A stretch of DNA of 64,000 nucleotides from an uncultured Desulfurococcaceae archaeon (GCA_964627805.1 CAZVLA010000004.1:5310-69309); one strand, 5' to 3'. Positions 30,596-40,661 are shown, counted from the stretch's first letter. Numbers and translations are program-made. Notes: generated by a model not told the origin, from the sequence alone.

Positions 30596-31948
30596 TTAAT
30601 CACCTTCATCACCGATTCTAGCCCTCGCGAATAACTCTCTATTACTTAATGGCGCAGTAGCGTCTATCCCTAACTTAGCGGTTAACCCATCCTTAGAACT
30701 AGGGTCTAGGGAGGAGCCACGAGCATTAGTAATTACTACTAAATCCCTATCAGCCTGGAAACGAGTAGCTATTGCCCACTCAACATCGTAGGGATTATCC
30801 GGGTTAATGTCATCGTCAACTACGACAACGTGCTTTAAACTGGGGTGGGCCGCGAAAGCAGCGAATATTGCGGTCTTGCCATCACCCTCACTAAACTTCT
30901 TAATGGATATTACAGCATGCAGCCAACCTCCCCCTCCCCTAGTTAACCTCACCTTAACTACCTTAGGCACCGCCCTAGATACACTACCCCATATAGCCGC
31001 CTCCCTGGGTAACCCCATAAGGAGCATGTGTTCAATACCTGAAGGTAGTATTATGTGGAAGGGGATATTGTTGATATTGATGTATATTCTATCAACCTTA
31101 ACAATCGGTTGCTTCCTGACTCTATCATATAGCATTAGTAAATCCGTGAATGGACCTTCATCAGCTAATTCCTCAGTTATCCTACCCTCGATGACTACTG
31201 AGGCACTAGCAGGTATGGGGATTCCGTATTCTGGAGTAAGTACTATTCCTAAAGGTTCCTTAGTTACGTGGCGATAACCACTTAATTCGAAGGATCCGTA
31301 TGGGGGCGATATAGAAGCAAGTAATTCTATAATAGGGTGCACACCGAATACTATAGCAACGGGTGTTTCCTGTCCTTTACCTATATTCTCCTTATAGATA
31401 CTATATAAATGCCTAGGTACTAACCTTATTACAAGTTCGTCGTTACTCAGCAACATCAACCTATGTATCGATGCATTATAGTGCTTGGGCATTGAAGGGA
31501 TTTCGGAAATAACTATTGATGATGTGAAGTAAGGTCCACCATCACCTTCGAAGAACTTAATTGCTGGTAAGTTACTTAATGAGCCGTTAAATAATCTGTA
31601 GAAACTACTGAAGTCATGTAGTATGAAATAGGAGTTACTGATTAATTCATTAATGTCCTTAGGACTTAGACTTATTATATCATTAATTAACTCGTAAAGC
31701 TCTTCATCATTACTTATGCCTAAATATCTATATAGAGCATCCCTAGAATATATTACGTTACTTACGCATAAGCCGCTAAACCCCTCGACCCTGTATAATA
31801 CGCATGCTTTCCTAGTCTCAGCATCTTTAATAACCTTAGTTACTTCATACCTACGTTTCAGAATTCTATCAGTAACCAGTAGTTTTCCTTCCTTGCGTAA
31901 CTCCTCAATTACCTTACCTAGATCCATACTACAGTATACACCTCCCAA
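30596..31948 (-). CDS. UbiD-family decarboxylase (anhydromevalonate phosphate decarboxylase candidate)
   Basis: About 445 aa with UbiD-like core blocks (GGPYFTSSIVI, HRLMLL, RGGGGWLHAVISI, VVVVDDDINPDNPYDVEWAIATR). Adjacent to the AcnX pair. Confidence 0.7.
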   Translation of the reverse strand: MGGVYCSMDLGKVIEELRKEGKLLVTDRILKRRYEVTKVIKDAETRKACVLYRVEGFSGLCVSNVIYSRDALYRYLGISNDEELYELINDIISLSPKDINELISNSYFILHDFSSFYRLFNGSLSNLPAIKFFEGDGGPYFTSSIVISEIPSMPKHYNASIHRLMLLSNDELVIRLVPRHLYSIYKENIGKGQETPVAIVFGVHPIIELLASISPPYGSFELSGYRHVTKEPLGIVLTPEYGIPIPASASVVIEGRITEELADEGPFTDLLMLYDRVRKQPIVKVDRIYININNIPFHIILPSGIEHMLLMGLPREAAIWGSVSRAVPKVVKVRLTRGGGGWLHAVISIKKFSEGDGKTAIFAAFAAHPSLKHVVVVDDDINPDNPYDVEWAIATRFQADRDLVVITNARGSSLDPSSKDGLTAKLGIDATAPLSNRELFARARIGDEGD

Positions 31949-33227
31949 CCTTTAGACCATCCTCAAATGTATCTAGGGATAATTTAACCTTGCTAATAAC
32001 TAAGGCACTAACCTCGCCATTCCAAGGTGTCAGTAGTTTTATAATGCCTTCATTAAAGTCTACATCCTTAATAATACCTACAGCTACGTCCTTTAGTCTC
32101 TTATTAAGTATACCAACTAGTAACCCCTTAATATCATCGCTCCTCATAACGCATACATCACGCCTGCACTTAAGGAGTTCCATTAAATCCCTAGACTCAC
32201 TATTTATGACGATGTTTAGTACGTTATAGTATTTACTAGCAAATAATACGTTATTCTTAATTACGTCCTCGTCAATACCTAAATACCTAGCTAACTCACT
32301 CATACCCAGTGTATCACCGCATACTAAGTTCGAGTAAATTAGCTTGATGTCATTGATCTTGACTAACCTCTCCTTAGCATTTAAGAAGTACTTTCTATAG
32401 GCTTCAGCCCTTAGTAACCTTCTCTCCTCTCTACTCCTCTCCCTAACCTTAGTAGGTCTTGGTGCTTTAATCACCCTTACAGAATCCGGTAGGGACTTCG
32501 TTAAGTACTTAAAGACCTCATCGTCAAGTACTACTACGTGAGTAGGTTTTAACCATCTAATTAAGGCTAACTTATGGGTTAGTGCTGCGTGGGAGTTTAA
32601 CCAACCATCTGTATTAATAACCACTGTCGAAACTCCGTATGATAAGGCGGAACTTACTAAATCAATAACGGCTGCTATTATTGAGTCTTGACAGTACTGA
32701 GGAGCTATGCACCCTACAAACCTTATTTCGGTGGGTGTTAAGTCCCTCTGCCATAGAAAGTGTTTTTCCGGAATGGCTAAAGCTATCGTTGCTGGTAGTG
32801 CTATGTCCTCTTGACCTACGTCAGCGTCGATTATACCTACCTTAACACCGTACCTCATCAATGTATTAGTTATGAACGCCGTTAATGTGGTCTTGCCAGA
32901 CTCAACAGGACCCACTACAACTATTAGTGACTTACCTACTCTTTCCGTATCCTTAACCAACCCCTCACTAATCTTCAGCCAATCATCGATAACCTCCTCA
33001 CCCTCCTTAGGCTCCTCAAGCGATGCTCCACTACCTAATACTACATTAACTTCACTTCTCTCAATAGCCTTTACTGCATAACTCCTTAATCTATGAATGA
33101 TTACCTGTGAATTACTGCCGTATATAGCACCAACGAGTAGTACGCTACCGCTCTTCACGGTAATCCTAGCGGGTCCAGTAACTCTTACTACCTTACCTTC
33201 ATCAAGCACTAGGTTCACATTCATCAC
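31929..33227 (-). CDS. Clp1/Grc3-like polynucleotide 5'-kinase
   Basis: P-loop VVVGPVESGKTTL followed by IIDADVGQ (Clp1 DxDxGQ motif), with a beta-rich N-terminal domain. Confidence 0.6.
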   Translation of the reverse strand: MMNVNLVLDEGKVVRVTGPARITVKSGSVLLVGAIYGSNSQVIIHRLRSYAVKAIERSEVNVVLGSGASLEEPKEGEEVIDDWLKISEGLVKDTERVGKSLIVVVGPVESGKTTLTAFITNTLMRYGVKVGIIDADVGQEDIALPATIALAIPEKHFLWQRDLTPTEIRFVGCIAPQYCQDSIIAAVIDLVSSALSYGVSTVVINTDGWLNSHAALTHKLALIRWLKPTHVVVLDDEVFKYLTKSLPDSVRVIKAPRPTKVRERSREERRLLRAEAYRKYFLNAKERLVKINDIKLIYSNLVCGDTLGMSELARYLGIDEDVIKNNVLFASKYYNVLNIVINSESRDLMELLKCRRDVCVMRSDDIKGLLVGILNKRLKDVAVGIIKDVDFNEGIIKLLTPWNGEVSALVISKVKLSLDTFEDGLKVGRCIL

Positions 33228-33358
33228 AACACCCCCTAACCTAATGCTTGACTACTTAGTTAGTGCATCGTTACTAGTTACTCAAGAATATAGTTAAGTA
33301 GCGGGATAAGTATATAGCTAAATTATCGCCTGTAGCTACGTTATTAACTGGTTAAGGT

Positions 33359-34195
33359 ATGCGGGATGCATGCTCATGGCTGAGAAAGGCAATCGGGTAC
33401 GTACTTAGGAAGAGAATTAAGTTAGTTAAGGATTTAGGTCAGCATCTAATGATTTGCTGTAGCTTAGGGAAGCATGTATGTTCTGAGTTAAGGAGAATCA
33501 ACGCTGAGTCAGTCCTAGAGATAGGCTCAGGTACGGGTTTCTTGACGGCGTTCATACTCTCATGCACTAATAAAGTCGTAGCTATTGAGTTAGATCATAG
33601 GTTAGCATCATTGTGTGAGGAATTACTAGGTAATAATCCGAAGTTACACGTAATAGTCGGTGATGGTCTCCAAGTTTTAAGAGAATCATCAATACTTGGT
33701 ATAGACTCCGTAGTCAGTAATACACCATTTTATATATCGACGCCACTAATCATGAGTTTCATAAAGTCTAAGTATAGGTATGCAGTCCTAACACTACAAA
33801 GGGAAGTAGCTGATAGATTAGTAGCTGAACCAGGCACTAGGGAGTATGGAAGATTATCCGTAATAGTGAAGTTATTCGCGAAAGCTGAGGTTATTAGATA
33901 CTTCAGTAGGTCATGCTTTATGCCTAAGCCTGAGGTTGATGTAGCATTAGTTAGGATCTCTAAAATTAATGCGTGGATTGACGAATACACTGTATTTGAG
34001 AAGTTTCTTGCGTGTGCCTTTAGTCAGAGGAGGAGGAAAGCATCCAAGGTCGTGCTTAAGTGCCTTAATGAACTAGGTTATCAACCCGACTTAGTCTGTA
34101 AGTCGTTACTAGATACCTTAAGTGATAGGAGGGTATTTCAGTTATCACCTAGTGAGTTCTGGCGGATTTTTGTTAGGTGTATTAGGGGTAGCTAG
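33359..34195 (+). CDS. ksgA: 16S rRNA dimethyladenosine transferase KsgA/Dim1
   Basis: LGQHLM, SAM motif VLEIGSGTGFLT, and VVSNTPFYISTPLI. Confidence 0.8.
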   Translation: MRDACSWLRKAIGYVLRKRIKLVKDLGQHLMICCSLGKHVCSELRRINAESVLEIGSGTGFLTAFILSCTNKVVAIELDHRLASLCEELLGNNPKLHVIVGDGLQVLRESSILGIDSVVSNTPFYISTPLIMSFIKSKYRYAVLTLQREVADRLVAEPGTREYGRLSVIVKLFAKAEVIRYFSRSCFMPKPEVDVALVRISKINAWIDEYTVFEKFLACAFSQRRRKASKVVLKCLNELGYQPDLVCKSLLDTLSDRRVFQLSPSEFWRIFVRCIRGS

Positions 34196-34502
34196 GTGAG
34201 ATGACTATAGGCTTAACCTCGACTAGAGCCTTAACGATCTTCCTCCTACCTTCATTAAGTAACCTCCATAAGGTACCCCTAGAAATGCCCATCTTATTAG
34301 CTGCTTCGCTTTGTGAGTAATTTTCTAAGTAGACTAGACGTAGTGCTTCAAGCTCATCTGGAGCTATGACAACAGCATCTGCGGGTGTTTGGGGTAAGGT
34401 CTTCATGGGTACGAATACTACGTTACCCACTGTAAAACTGATTACTCTAGGTTTAGGTGGTCTACCCCTACCTCTCCATCTTCGCCTAAATCTACCATGC
34501 AT
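34182..34502 (-). CDS. DUF134 (UPF0251) DNA-binding protein
   Basis: GRGRPPKPR..F.P..V.IAPDELEALRLVYLENYSQSEAANKMGISRGTLWRLLNEGRRKIVKAL is the typical DUF134 pattern. Confidence 0.7.
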   Translation of the reverse strand: MHGRFRRRWRGRGRPPKPRVISFTVGNVVFVPMKTLPQTPADAVVIAPDELEALRLVYLENYSQSEAANKMGISRGTLWRLLNEGRRKIVKALVEVKPIVISPSYP

Positions 34503-34568
34503 AACTCATCACCACCTACGACTCATTACGCGTAGGAAGTATTTAATCACATAGTTAATTAGCTGGGG

Positions 34569-35261
34569 TTACTCCCTCTTACCCTCCCTTAAGGCTAAGG
34601 CTAATGCAGCTCTTAAGTTACTGTCTTTGGGCACGGCAAGGCCCTTTATTGACGGTACTAAGTAATTACTTAGCTCCTTACTTGATCTTGCTTCGTTCAC
34701 TAAGTAAGTCTCGAATCCCTCTAGGAGGCACCTTGATAGTATTTCAAAAGCCAAGTTAATTAACCTCCTATCACTAGGCTCACCGACTCTTACGATTACC
34801 CTCTTAGGTTCTAACTCACTAACAACGCTCTTTAATTTGTTAATGAATTCATCAATATCCTTACTATATCCCAGATCCACTAATACGTCGTTAGACAGTA
34901 TTGCATAGGCTATCTCCTTACCTAGGTCAATACCACATAGAATTACGGGTTTACCACCTACCCCAAGCGTCTCTAGAATTACCCTCTTAACGTCATGTAC
35001 TCCCCTAAGAGTAACAACCTTACCAGTTATATTACGTAAGTTAATCCTGCATTCAGTCATAATTACCCTAGTAGCTTCTGAGTCAATCACTAGTAAAGTA
35101 TCCTTGGACTGCGTATTTAATTCACTGCATAAGTCATTAATTACTGAGAAAGTTATTCCGTACTCCTTAGCTAATCTAATGAATTCCCTGAATAACTTGG
35201 GATTATATATAAACACCTTAATATTAACTACTTCACCCGCTACCCTACCACCCACCCTCAT
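34569..35261 (-). CDS. hypothetical protein with RNase H-like (RuvX/YqgF-like) C-terminal half
   Basis: VILCGIDLGKEIAYAIL and C-terminal DSNLRAALALAL resemble RuvX-type motifs. Start moved from 35345 to in-frame ATG 35261, which removes a 23-nt head-on overlap with the divergent RadB-like gene. Confidence 0.35.
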   Translation of the reverse strand: MRVGGRVAGEVVNIKVFIYNPKLFREFIRLAKEYGITFSVINDLCSELNTQSKDTLLVIDSEATRVIMTECRINLRNITGKVVTLRGVHDVKRVILETLGVGGKPVILCGIDLGKEIAYAILSNDVLVDLGYSKDIDEFINKLKSVVSELEPKRVIVRVGEPSDRRLINLAFEILSRCLLEGFETYLVNEARSSKELSNYLVPSIKGLAVPKDSNLRAALALALREGKRE

Positions 35262-35322
35262 GTTGCTAAGGAGTGAATAAATCCTTAGGTAGTGAGTTAT
35301 TATTATCCCTCCCAAAGTAGAT

Positions 35323-35961
35323 GTGTTTGGGAAAAGGTTGGACATAGCAAGTACTGTAGTAAGTCATGGTAGAGGTGTAATAACGTTAATATACGGTGTT
35401 GCAGGTAGTGGTAAGACTAACTTAGCACTCCATATACTTAAGGTAATAGCGGAATCCTCTCCAAGGAGCCTTAAGCATTACTACATAAGTACTGAAGGGA
35501 GTATATTCGCTCATTTGATAGACCGGTACGGATTAGCTAGATTTGATAATATAGAGTTCACTGAAGTGGTTAATTTGGATCACCTCCTAGAGGCTGTACT
35601 TAATATATACGTTACTGAGAGCGTAGGTATGGTTATAATTGATAGCGTTAATAATCATTATAGGTTAGAGGTACTCTACAATAGAAACGCTAACACCCTC
35701 TTGAATTTAGTAATGGCTACCTTATTGAGTATAGCTAAAGCAAGTAAATACCCCGCATTAGTTACAGCACAGACAACCATTAGTGAATTAGGTGATGTTA
35801 AAGTCAGCGGTGAGTCCATACTTAAGTACTGGTGTGATAATGTAGTTAGGCTTGAGCATATCAATGAAAAGAGGGAGGCGTGCTTTGAAGCACCGAGTAA
35901 CTTAAGAGGTCTGTGCATCCCCTTCACTATAGGTGAGGAAGGTGTTAAATCAGGAGAGTAG
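35323..35961 (+). CDS. RadB/RecA-paralogue ATPase
   Basis: Walker A YGVAGSGKTN, Walker B MVIIDSV, about 210 aa with no N-terminal HhH domain. Confidence 0.55.
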   Translation: MFGKRLDIASTVVSHGRGVITLIYGVAGSGKTNLALHILKVIAESSPRSLKHYYISTEGSIFAHLIDRYGLARFDNIEFTEVVNLDHLLEAVLNIYVTESVGMVIIDSVNNHYRLEVLYNRNANTLLNLVMATLLSIAKASKYPALVTAQTTISELGDVKVSGESILKYWCDNVVRLEHINEKREACFEAPSNLRGLCIPFTIGEEGVKSGE

Positions 35962-36496
35962 TGAGGTAATAAACTTCATATTAATCACGGTTACATACTT
36001 CTTACCGGCATTGATAGCTAATGGCGCTCCCGTCGTGTTTATAGGTAAGTTAGTAAAGAGACCTAGACCCTTAGATAGGAATGTATTGTTCATTGATGGT
36101 AAACCTATCTTAGGACCTAATAAGACGTTAGAAGGGTTTATTATAGGTGTAGCTTCAGGACTAATAGTTGGTGTTGCGTATTCACTAATATTCAATAATG
36201 TTAACTTCACGATATACGGATTAACCATGGGTCTAGGGGCTATGGTTGGTGACGCTTTTAACTCATTCATTAAGAGAAGACTAAGCATAAGGAGCGGTGA
36301 CCCGTTCATACCGATGGATCAGTTAAGCTTCATAGTTTCATCCTACCTACTTGTTAAGGTATTACGGATAGACAGGTTATGCGGTATTAACCTGGGTCTT
36401 AAGTACTTCTCAATGATTGTAGTGATAGTGTTAATACTGCACCCACTCTCGAATCTAGTGTCGTATGTACTAGGACTTAAGGATAAACCTTGGTGA
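35933..36496 (+). CDS. carS: CDP-archaeol synthase (DUF46)
   Basis: LPALIANGAPV..PLD....DGKPILGPNKTLEGFIIG..GDAFNSFIKRR, and multiple TM helices. Confidence 0.75.
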   Translation: MRKVLNQESSEVINFILITVTYFLPALIANGAPVVFIGKLVKRPRPLDRNVLFIDGKPILGPNKTLEGFIIGVASGLIVGVAYSLIFNNVNFTIYGLTMGLGAMVGDAFNSFIKRRLSIRSGDPFIPMDQLSFIVSSYLLVKVLRIDRLCGINLGLKYFSMIVVIVLILHPLSNLVSYVLGLKDKPW

Positions 36497-36673
36497 TTAA
36501 TCAGTGCTTTCTAGTTCCCTCTCCAATTTAAACATAACTCTGTACTTCACGTACTTATCCTCTGGTGAGAATCTTGGTGGATGAGCTACTCTAGTAGGTT
36601 CACCGCATTTAGGGCACTCCTCCCTTAGTGTGTACGTACCGCATTTAGGGCATTTCCTGAGTAGGAACTTCAT
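36497..36673 (-). CDS. nop10: H/ACA RNP protein Nop10 (absent from the ORF track, 58 aa)
   Basis: My translation is MKFLLRKCPKCGTYTLREECPKCGEPTRVAHPPRFSPEDKYVKYRVMFKLERELESTD. It has the Nop10 zinc ribbon plus the PPRFSPEDKY motif. Its start overlaps the aIF2-alpha stop as ATGA. Confidence 0.85.
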   Translation of the reverse strand: MKFLLRKCPKCGTYTLREECPKCGEPTRVAHPPRFSPEDKYVKYRVMFKLERELESTD

Positions 36674-37476
36674 CGCCTAATCTTCTCCCTCCTAAATTCA
36701 TAGCTAAGATCTAACTCATCACTTAACTTCTCAACACCACTTAAGTAACTCTGCAGAATCTTCTCAGCGGTTTTATAGTCAGTAGCTATTACCTCCACTC
36801 TATAACGCGGGGCACCTACTGAATAAACCCTTATAGCGGTGTCCTTACTCATGGGCACATCCTTAAGTGGTTCTCCCAGAGCTTTCTTAATCCTCTCAAC
36901 CCCGTCAGGCTTTAGGGAGAACATAGTTATTATACCACATATCTTAACCTTCTTAATCGTTATGTGCTTTCTAATCTGCTCCATTAAAGGTTCGATCCAC
37001 TCCTCAGGTACTCCAGCTTCCCTTAACACATCCTCACCTCTATAGGCGGCCTCCTCAAAAGCAGCGTATATCTCACCATAGTAGTCCTCCAACTTCCACC
37101 CGACCTCATCGTATGCCTCATCAAGGGACTTACCTATGCTCCTGGCAGTCATCTCAAGAATCTTTTCAGCTCTTTGAGCCCTTTTCCACTCAAGAATTTT
37201 CTTCCTCTGCTCGCTGGGATTTACCCTCTTTAGGGATACGTCGATGTGCCCCTTCCTCCTATCAACCCTTATTACCTTAACAACGACCTTCTGTCCCTCC
37301 CTAACTACGGACCTTATATCCCTCACCCACTTAGAACTCACTTCAGACCAAGGTAGGTAGGCTTCTTTACCTCCGTACTCGTCTAACGTCATGTAGGCAC
37401 CATAATCGAATACCTTCGTTACCGTACCTACGACTAACTCACCTACGCTGGGCATCGGCTTACGCTTCCTTACCAA
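36670..37476 (-). CDS. translation initiation factor aIF2 alpha subunit
   Basis: N-terminal S1 domain (GELVVGTVTKVFDYGAYMTLDEYGGKEAYLPWSEVS..VVVKVIRVD) and typical length. Confidence 0.9.
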   Translation of the reverse strand: MVRKRKPMPSVGELVVGTVTKVFDYGAYMTLDEYGGKEAYLPWSEVSSKWVRDIRSVVREGQKVVVKVIRVDRRKGHIDVSLKRVNPSEQRKKILEWKRAQRAEKILEMTARSIGKSLDEAYDEVGWKLEDYYGEIYAAFEEAAYRGEDVLREAGVPEEWIEPLMEQIRKHITIKKVKICGIITMFSLKPDGVERIKKALGEPLKDVPMSKDTAIRVYSVGAPRYRVEVIATDYKTAEKILQSYLSGVEKLSDELDLSYEFRREKIRR

Positions 37477-37596
37477 GCAACACCACCTTACATAAACTTA
37501 GGGCTGGGTTTTTAAGGAATACCATACTAGTCAGTACTACAATGAATTATGTTAAAGTACTTAAGCTTAATTTTAGTGTGACTGTTTTATGTGGTG

Positions 37597-37794
37597 CTAA
37601 CCTAGTATCTTAACTATATCACCTAAAATCTTGGCCTTACCACCAGTAGGCACCACTAAGATTGTACCGCATACTAGGCATCTTGCCGGGAATGTTGCGT
37701 GGTCAAACACTACCTGCTCATTACCGCATGAAGGACATCTAACCTTAACGAATCTAGACTTAGGCATGGGTATGAGTATCTTCCTCTTCTTCAT
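37597..37794 (-). CDS. rps27e: 30S ribosomal protein S27e
   Basis: [21 protein letters not shown]...CLVCG zinc ribbon. Confidence 0.9.
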   Translation of the reverse strand: MKKRKILIPMPKSRFVKVRCPSCGNEQVVFDHATFPARCLVCGTILVVPTGGKAKILGDIVKILG

Positions 37795-38084
37795 TACTTA
37801 GTCACCTCCACTAACTCGGCCTTCTTAAGCCTTATACCCTCCCTATGCTGTATGTATCCACACTTTGTGCATTTAAGTTTAAGGACTACCTTTTTAGTTA
37901 CCTTAGCAAATCTCTTCTGCTCAGGCTTCCTCTTACTTCCATAACCCTCCTGCTTCCTCCTATACCTCCTCTCACCCTCAGCTAATGCTCTCCTCTTACC
38001 GTGCTTATAGATCGTAACGCTATGTAGTGTATGTGTCCTGCATCTGGGGCAGTACGTTCTTATCCTCTTAGGTATCCTCAACAC
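37794..38084 (-). CDS. rpl44e: 50S ribosomal protein L44e
   Basis: [20 protein letters not shown]...KCTKCG. Confidence 0.9.
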   Translation of the reverse strand: MLRIPKRIRTYCPRCRTHTLHSVTIYKHGKRRALAEGERRYRRKQEGYGSKRKPEQKRFAKVTKKVVLKLKCTKCGYIQHREGIRLKKAELVEVTK

Positions 38085-38157
38085 TCACACCTACGAGCAC
38101 CTTATATTAAGTGACTTAAATACCTTCCGCCTAAGTAGTTTAAGGTTGGTTAAGGTC

Positions 38158-38454
38158 CTACCTAGTAACTCCTCTCTTCTTTCTCTCACTTTCAGGTCTG
38201 ACCTTAATGACTCCTAGGAATATCGCGCAGCTTACGCAGTAGCACTTAGTTACTGGGTACCTAGCTATTATAGCTCCCTTCTTCTCTAACTCAGCAGCTA
38301 ATTGAGGGTCAACTGGTGAGTACCACCTAGTTACGCATATGGCTTTATCAGCAGGTACTAACCTACCGCATTGATCGCAGTGTACTAATCTAACGGACCC
38401 CTTAGCACCCTTATGTCTACCCCTATTCTCCCTCTTCTTAGGCATCCTAAGCAC
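38158..38454 (-). CDS. rps26e: 30S ribosomal protein S26e
   Basis: MPKKRENRGRHKGAKGSVRLVHCDQCGRLVPADKAI. The likely true start is the internal MPKKR. Confidence 0.85.
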   Translation of the reverse strand: MLRMPKKRENRGRHKGAKGSVRLVHCDQCGRLVPADKAICVTRWYSPVDPQLAAELEKKGAIIARYPVTKCYCVSCAIFLGVIKVRPESERKKRGVTR

Positions 38455-38488
38455 CTTGTGCTACTCTACCTAAGCCTTAAAATAGGTT

Positions 38489-39946
38489 TCAGTACTTCTT
38501 AGCGTACCTCATGAGAGTTACTGCCTTAGCGCCGCATATGGGGCAGACGTCATCACCAACACTTACTTCCTCAATACCACTCACTGGTATGCCTAAAGCA
38601 TCAGCACCTAACTCCTCGGAGGTCTTAAGAGCGCATGACTCATTACCGCACCAAGGAATCTCAACTATGCCCTTAACCTTACTTAGGAACTCCTTGGCTT
38701 CATTCAAATCCTTCACTCTCTTAATTCTTGATTTGAACGCTTCCCAAGCTCTCCTCCTAAGTTCTTCATCAATTGCTCTACCGACCTCAAGGACCTTACT
38801 ACTTAATGTGTTGATAGTTACCTTAATCCTCTCCTTATTATCCCTCCTAACCAACGTAACCGTACCTTCCTTAACCTCCTTAGGACCTACGTCAGCCCTA
38901 ATAGGTACTCCCTTAAGGTCCCAATAATAGAACTTCTCACCAGGTGTTACGTCCTCCCTATCATCTATGTAGACCCTAATACCTGAGTTCTTCAGTACTT
39001 CATAGACCTTACTAACGTAATTCATGACTTCCTTACGTTGCTCCTTAGTAGCTATGGGTATAATAACTACTTGTATAGGTGCTACTTTAAAAGGTAGAAC
39101 AAGTCCGTACTTATCACCGTGAACGGAGATTACGGTAGCTACTACCCTCTCAGATACTCCGTAACTCGTCTGCCAAGCATAATCTATCGTGCCGTCCCTC
39201 TTCTGAATCCTGACCTCAAACACCTTAGTGAAGTTCTGACCTAGGTGGTGCACCGTACCTATCTGTAACGCCTTACCATCGGGAAGTAAGGTATCGAACG
39301 CTATCGTGTATATAGCACCAGCGAACTTATCCCATTCAGGTCTCTTAGATATTACGTAAGGTATCCCTAACTCATCGAAGAACTTACTGTATATCTCGAT
39401 CGCCTCAAGTACCTGCCTCTCGGCGTCCTCAAAGTCCTCGTGAACTGTGTGTGCTTCCTTAAACGTAGTCACCTCCCTTACCCTAAGCATAGCTCTAGTT
39501 GCTTTAGTCTCATACCTAAATATACTAACTATTTGGTAGTACTTCTTAGGTAGTTGCTTATAACTCTTAATCCAGAATGACTCCATGTATGAGAGCGGTG
39601 TCTCACTAGTAGGTCTTAAGGCTAATTTAACGTCTAGGGGCTCGTAACCACCGTGAGTAACCCAGTAGACCTGACCCTCAAAGCCCCTTATGTGTTCACT
39701 CTCCTTAGCCAGTATGGGTTGAGGTATTAGCAGTGGTAGTAGGATCTCCTCATGCCCTGTACTATCTAGTAGGTTCCTAAGTATCTCTAGTATGTACCTC
39801 CTAAGCTTAAATCCGTAGGGTCTCCAGACACCCATACCCTTGACTGGGTACCTACCGTAATCGTATACCTCAGCCTCCTCCAACACCCAATCGAACCACT
39901 CAGTGTAGGGCTTACCTAAGTCCCTATACACGAAGTCACTACTCAT
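38489..39946 (-). CDS. proS: prolyl-tRNA synthetase (archaeal/eukaryotic type)
   Basis: Class II motifs ([39 protein letters not shown]) and a C-terminal zinc-binding extension (CGNESC...CPICG). Confidence 0.9.
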   Translation of the reverse strand: MSSDFVYRDLGKPYTEWFDWVLEEAEVYDYGRYPVKGMGVWRPYGFKLRRYILEILRNLLDSTGHEEILLPLLIPQPILAKESEHIRGFEGQVYWVTHGGYEPLDVKLALRPTSETPLSYMESFWIKSYKQLPKKYYQIVSIFRYETKATRAMLRVREVTTFKEAHTVHEDFEDAERQVLEAIEIYSKFFDELGIPYVISKRPEWDKFAGAIYTIAFDTLLPDGKALQIGTVHHLGQNFTKVFEVRIQKRDGTIDYAWQTSYGVSERVVATVISVHGDKYGLVLPFKVAPIQVVIIPIATKEQRKEVMNYVSKVYEVLKNSGIRVYIDDREDVTPGEKFYYWDLKGVPIRADVGPKEVKEGTVTLVRRDNKERIKVTINTLSSKVLEVGRAIDEELRRRAWEAFKSRIKRVKDLNEAKEFLSKVKGIVEIPWCGNESCALKTSEELGADALGIPVSGIEEVSVGDDVCPICGAKAVTLMRYAKKY

Positions 39947-40037
39947 GACCTAATTACCGTGATAACTTGGGGTGGGAGGTTATTTAAAGCTGAGGTAGTA
40001 ATACGTTACTAAGTAAAGAGGATGCAGTGCCTAAAGC

Positions 40038-40045
40038 TTATAAAA
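40038..40045 (+). promoter_or_regulatory. TATA-box-like element for tRNA-Asp
   Basis: AAAGCTTATAAAA, with TTATAAAA 28-35 nt upstream of tRNA position 1. Confidence 0.4.
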
Positions 40046-40072
40046 CCCTAGTACCAACCACTTCTACGGAGT

Positions 40073-40178
40073 GCCGCGGTAGTATAGCCCGGCCTAGTAT
40101 GCGGGCCTGTCGGGCCCGCCCTCCTCGAGAGGGCGCAGAAAGCCCGTGACCCGGGTTCAAATCCCGGCCGCGGCGCCA
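40073..40178 (+). tRNA. tRNA-Asp(GTC) with an intron of about 28 nt (40113-40140), CCA encoded
   Basis: Hand-folded. Acceptor GCCGCGG/CCGCGGC, D stem GTAT/GTAT, anticodon stem CGGGC/GCCCG, loop CTGTCG|intron|A, T arm CCGGG-TTCAAAT-CCCGG. The intron holds a 7-bp hairpin (40117-40123 / 40129-40135). Confidence 0.8.
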
Positions 40179-40250
40179 CCGACCTTTACCCTTAACTCAC
40201 TCAAACTGCTTTTTAGGTGGTTTGTGTTATTTCTTAAGGAAGGTGTTAGT

Positions 40251-40661
40251 ATGAGTACAATGTATGCTGAATTAGGTGATCTTAAGGTAGGTAGCTTCAT
40301 AGTAATCGATGGTGAGCCTTGTAGAATAGTTGAGATGTCTAAGGCTAAGACAGGCAAGCATGGTAGTGCTAAGGCTCATGTAGTAGCTATAGGTATATTC
40401 AGTGGTTCTAAGAAGACCTTAGTAGCACCTGTGAGCCAGCGTGTTGAGGTACCGATAATTGATAAGAGAACAGCTCAAGTACTAGCTATAACCGGTGATA
40501 CTGTACAGTTAATGGATCTAAATACCTACGAAACCTTTGAGGTGGATATGCCTAAGGAGGAGGACATAAGGTCTAGACTGGAGCCAGGTGCTGAGGTTGA
40601 GTACTGGGAGGTAATGGGTAGGAGAAAGATTATGAGGGTACTGAAGGGAGCTTCTAAATGA
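40251..40661 (+). CDS. translation initiation factor aIF5A
   Basis: [40 protein letters not shown] contains the hypusine loop. The track start at 40146 runs through the tRNA, so ATG 40251 is used. Confidence 0.9.
   Translation: MSTMYAELGDLKVGSFIVIDGEPCRIVEMSKAKTGKHGSAKAHVVAIGIFSGSKKTLVAPVSQRVEVPIIDKRTAQVLAITGDTVQLMDLNTYETFEVDMPKEEDIRSRLEPGAEVEYWEVMGRRKIMRVLKGASK

Noticed and set aside
39958-39995. GTGATAA ... CTGA upstream of tRNA-Asp as a half-size C/D sRNA
   Set aside because: The box spacing (24 nt) breaks the 12-nt rule and there are no C'/D' boxes. The region overlaps the tRNA promoter.
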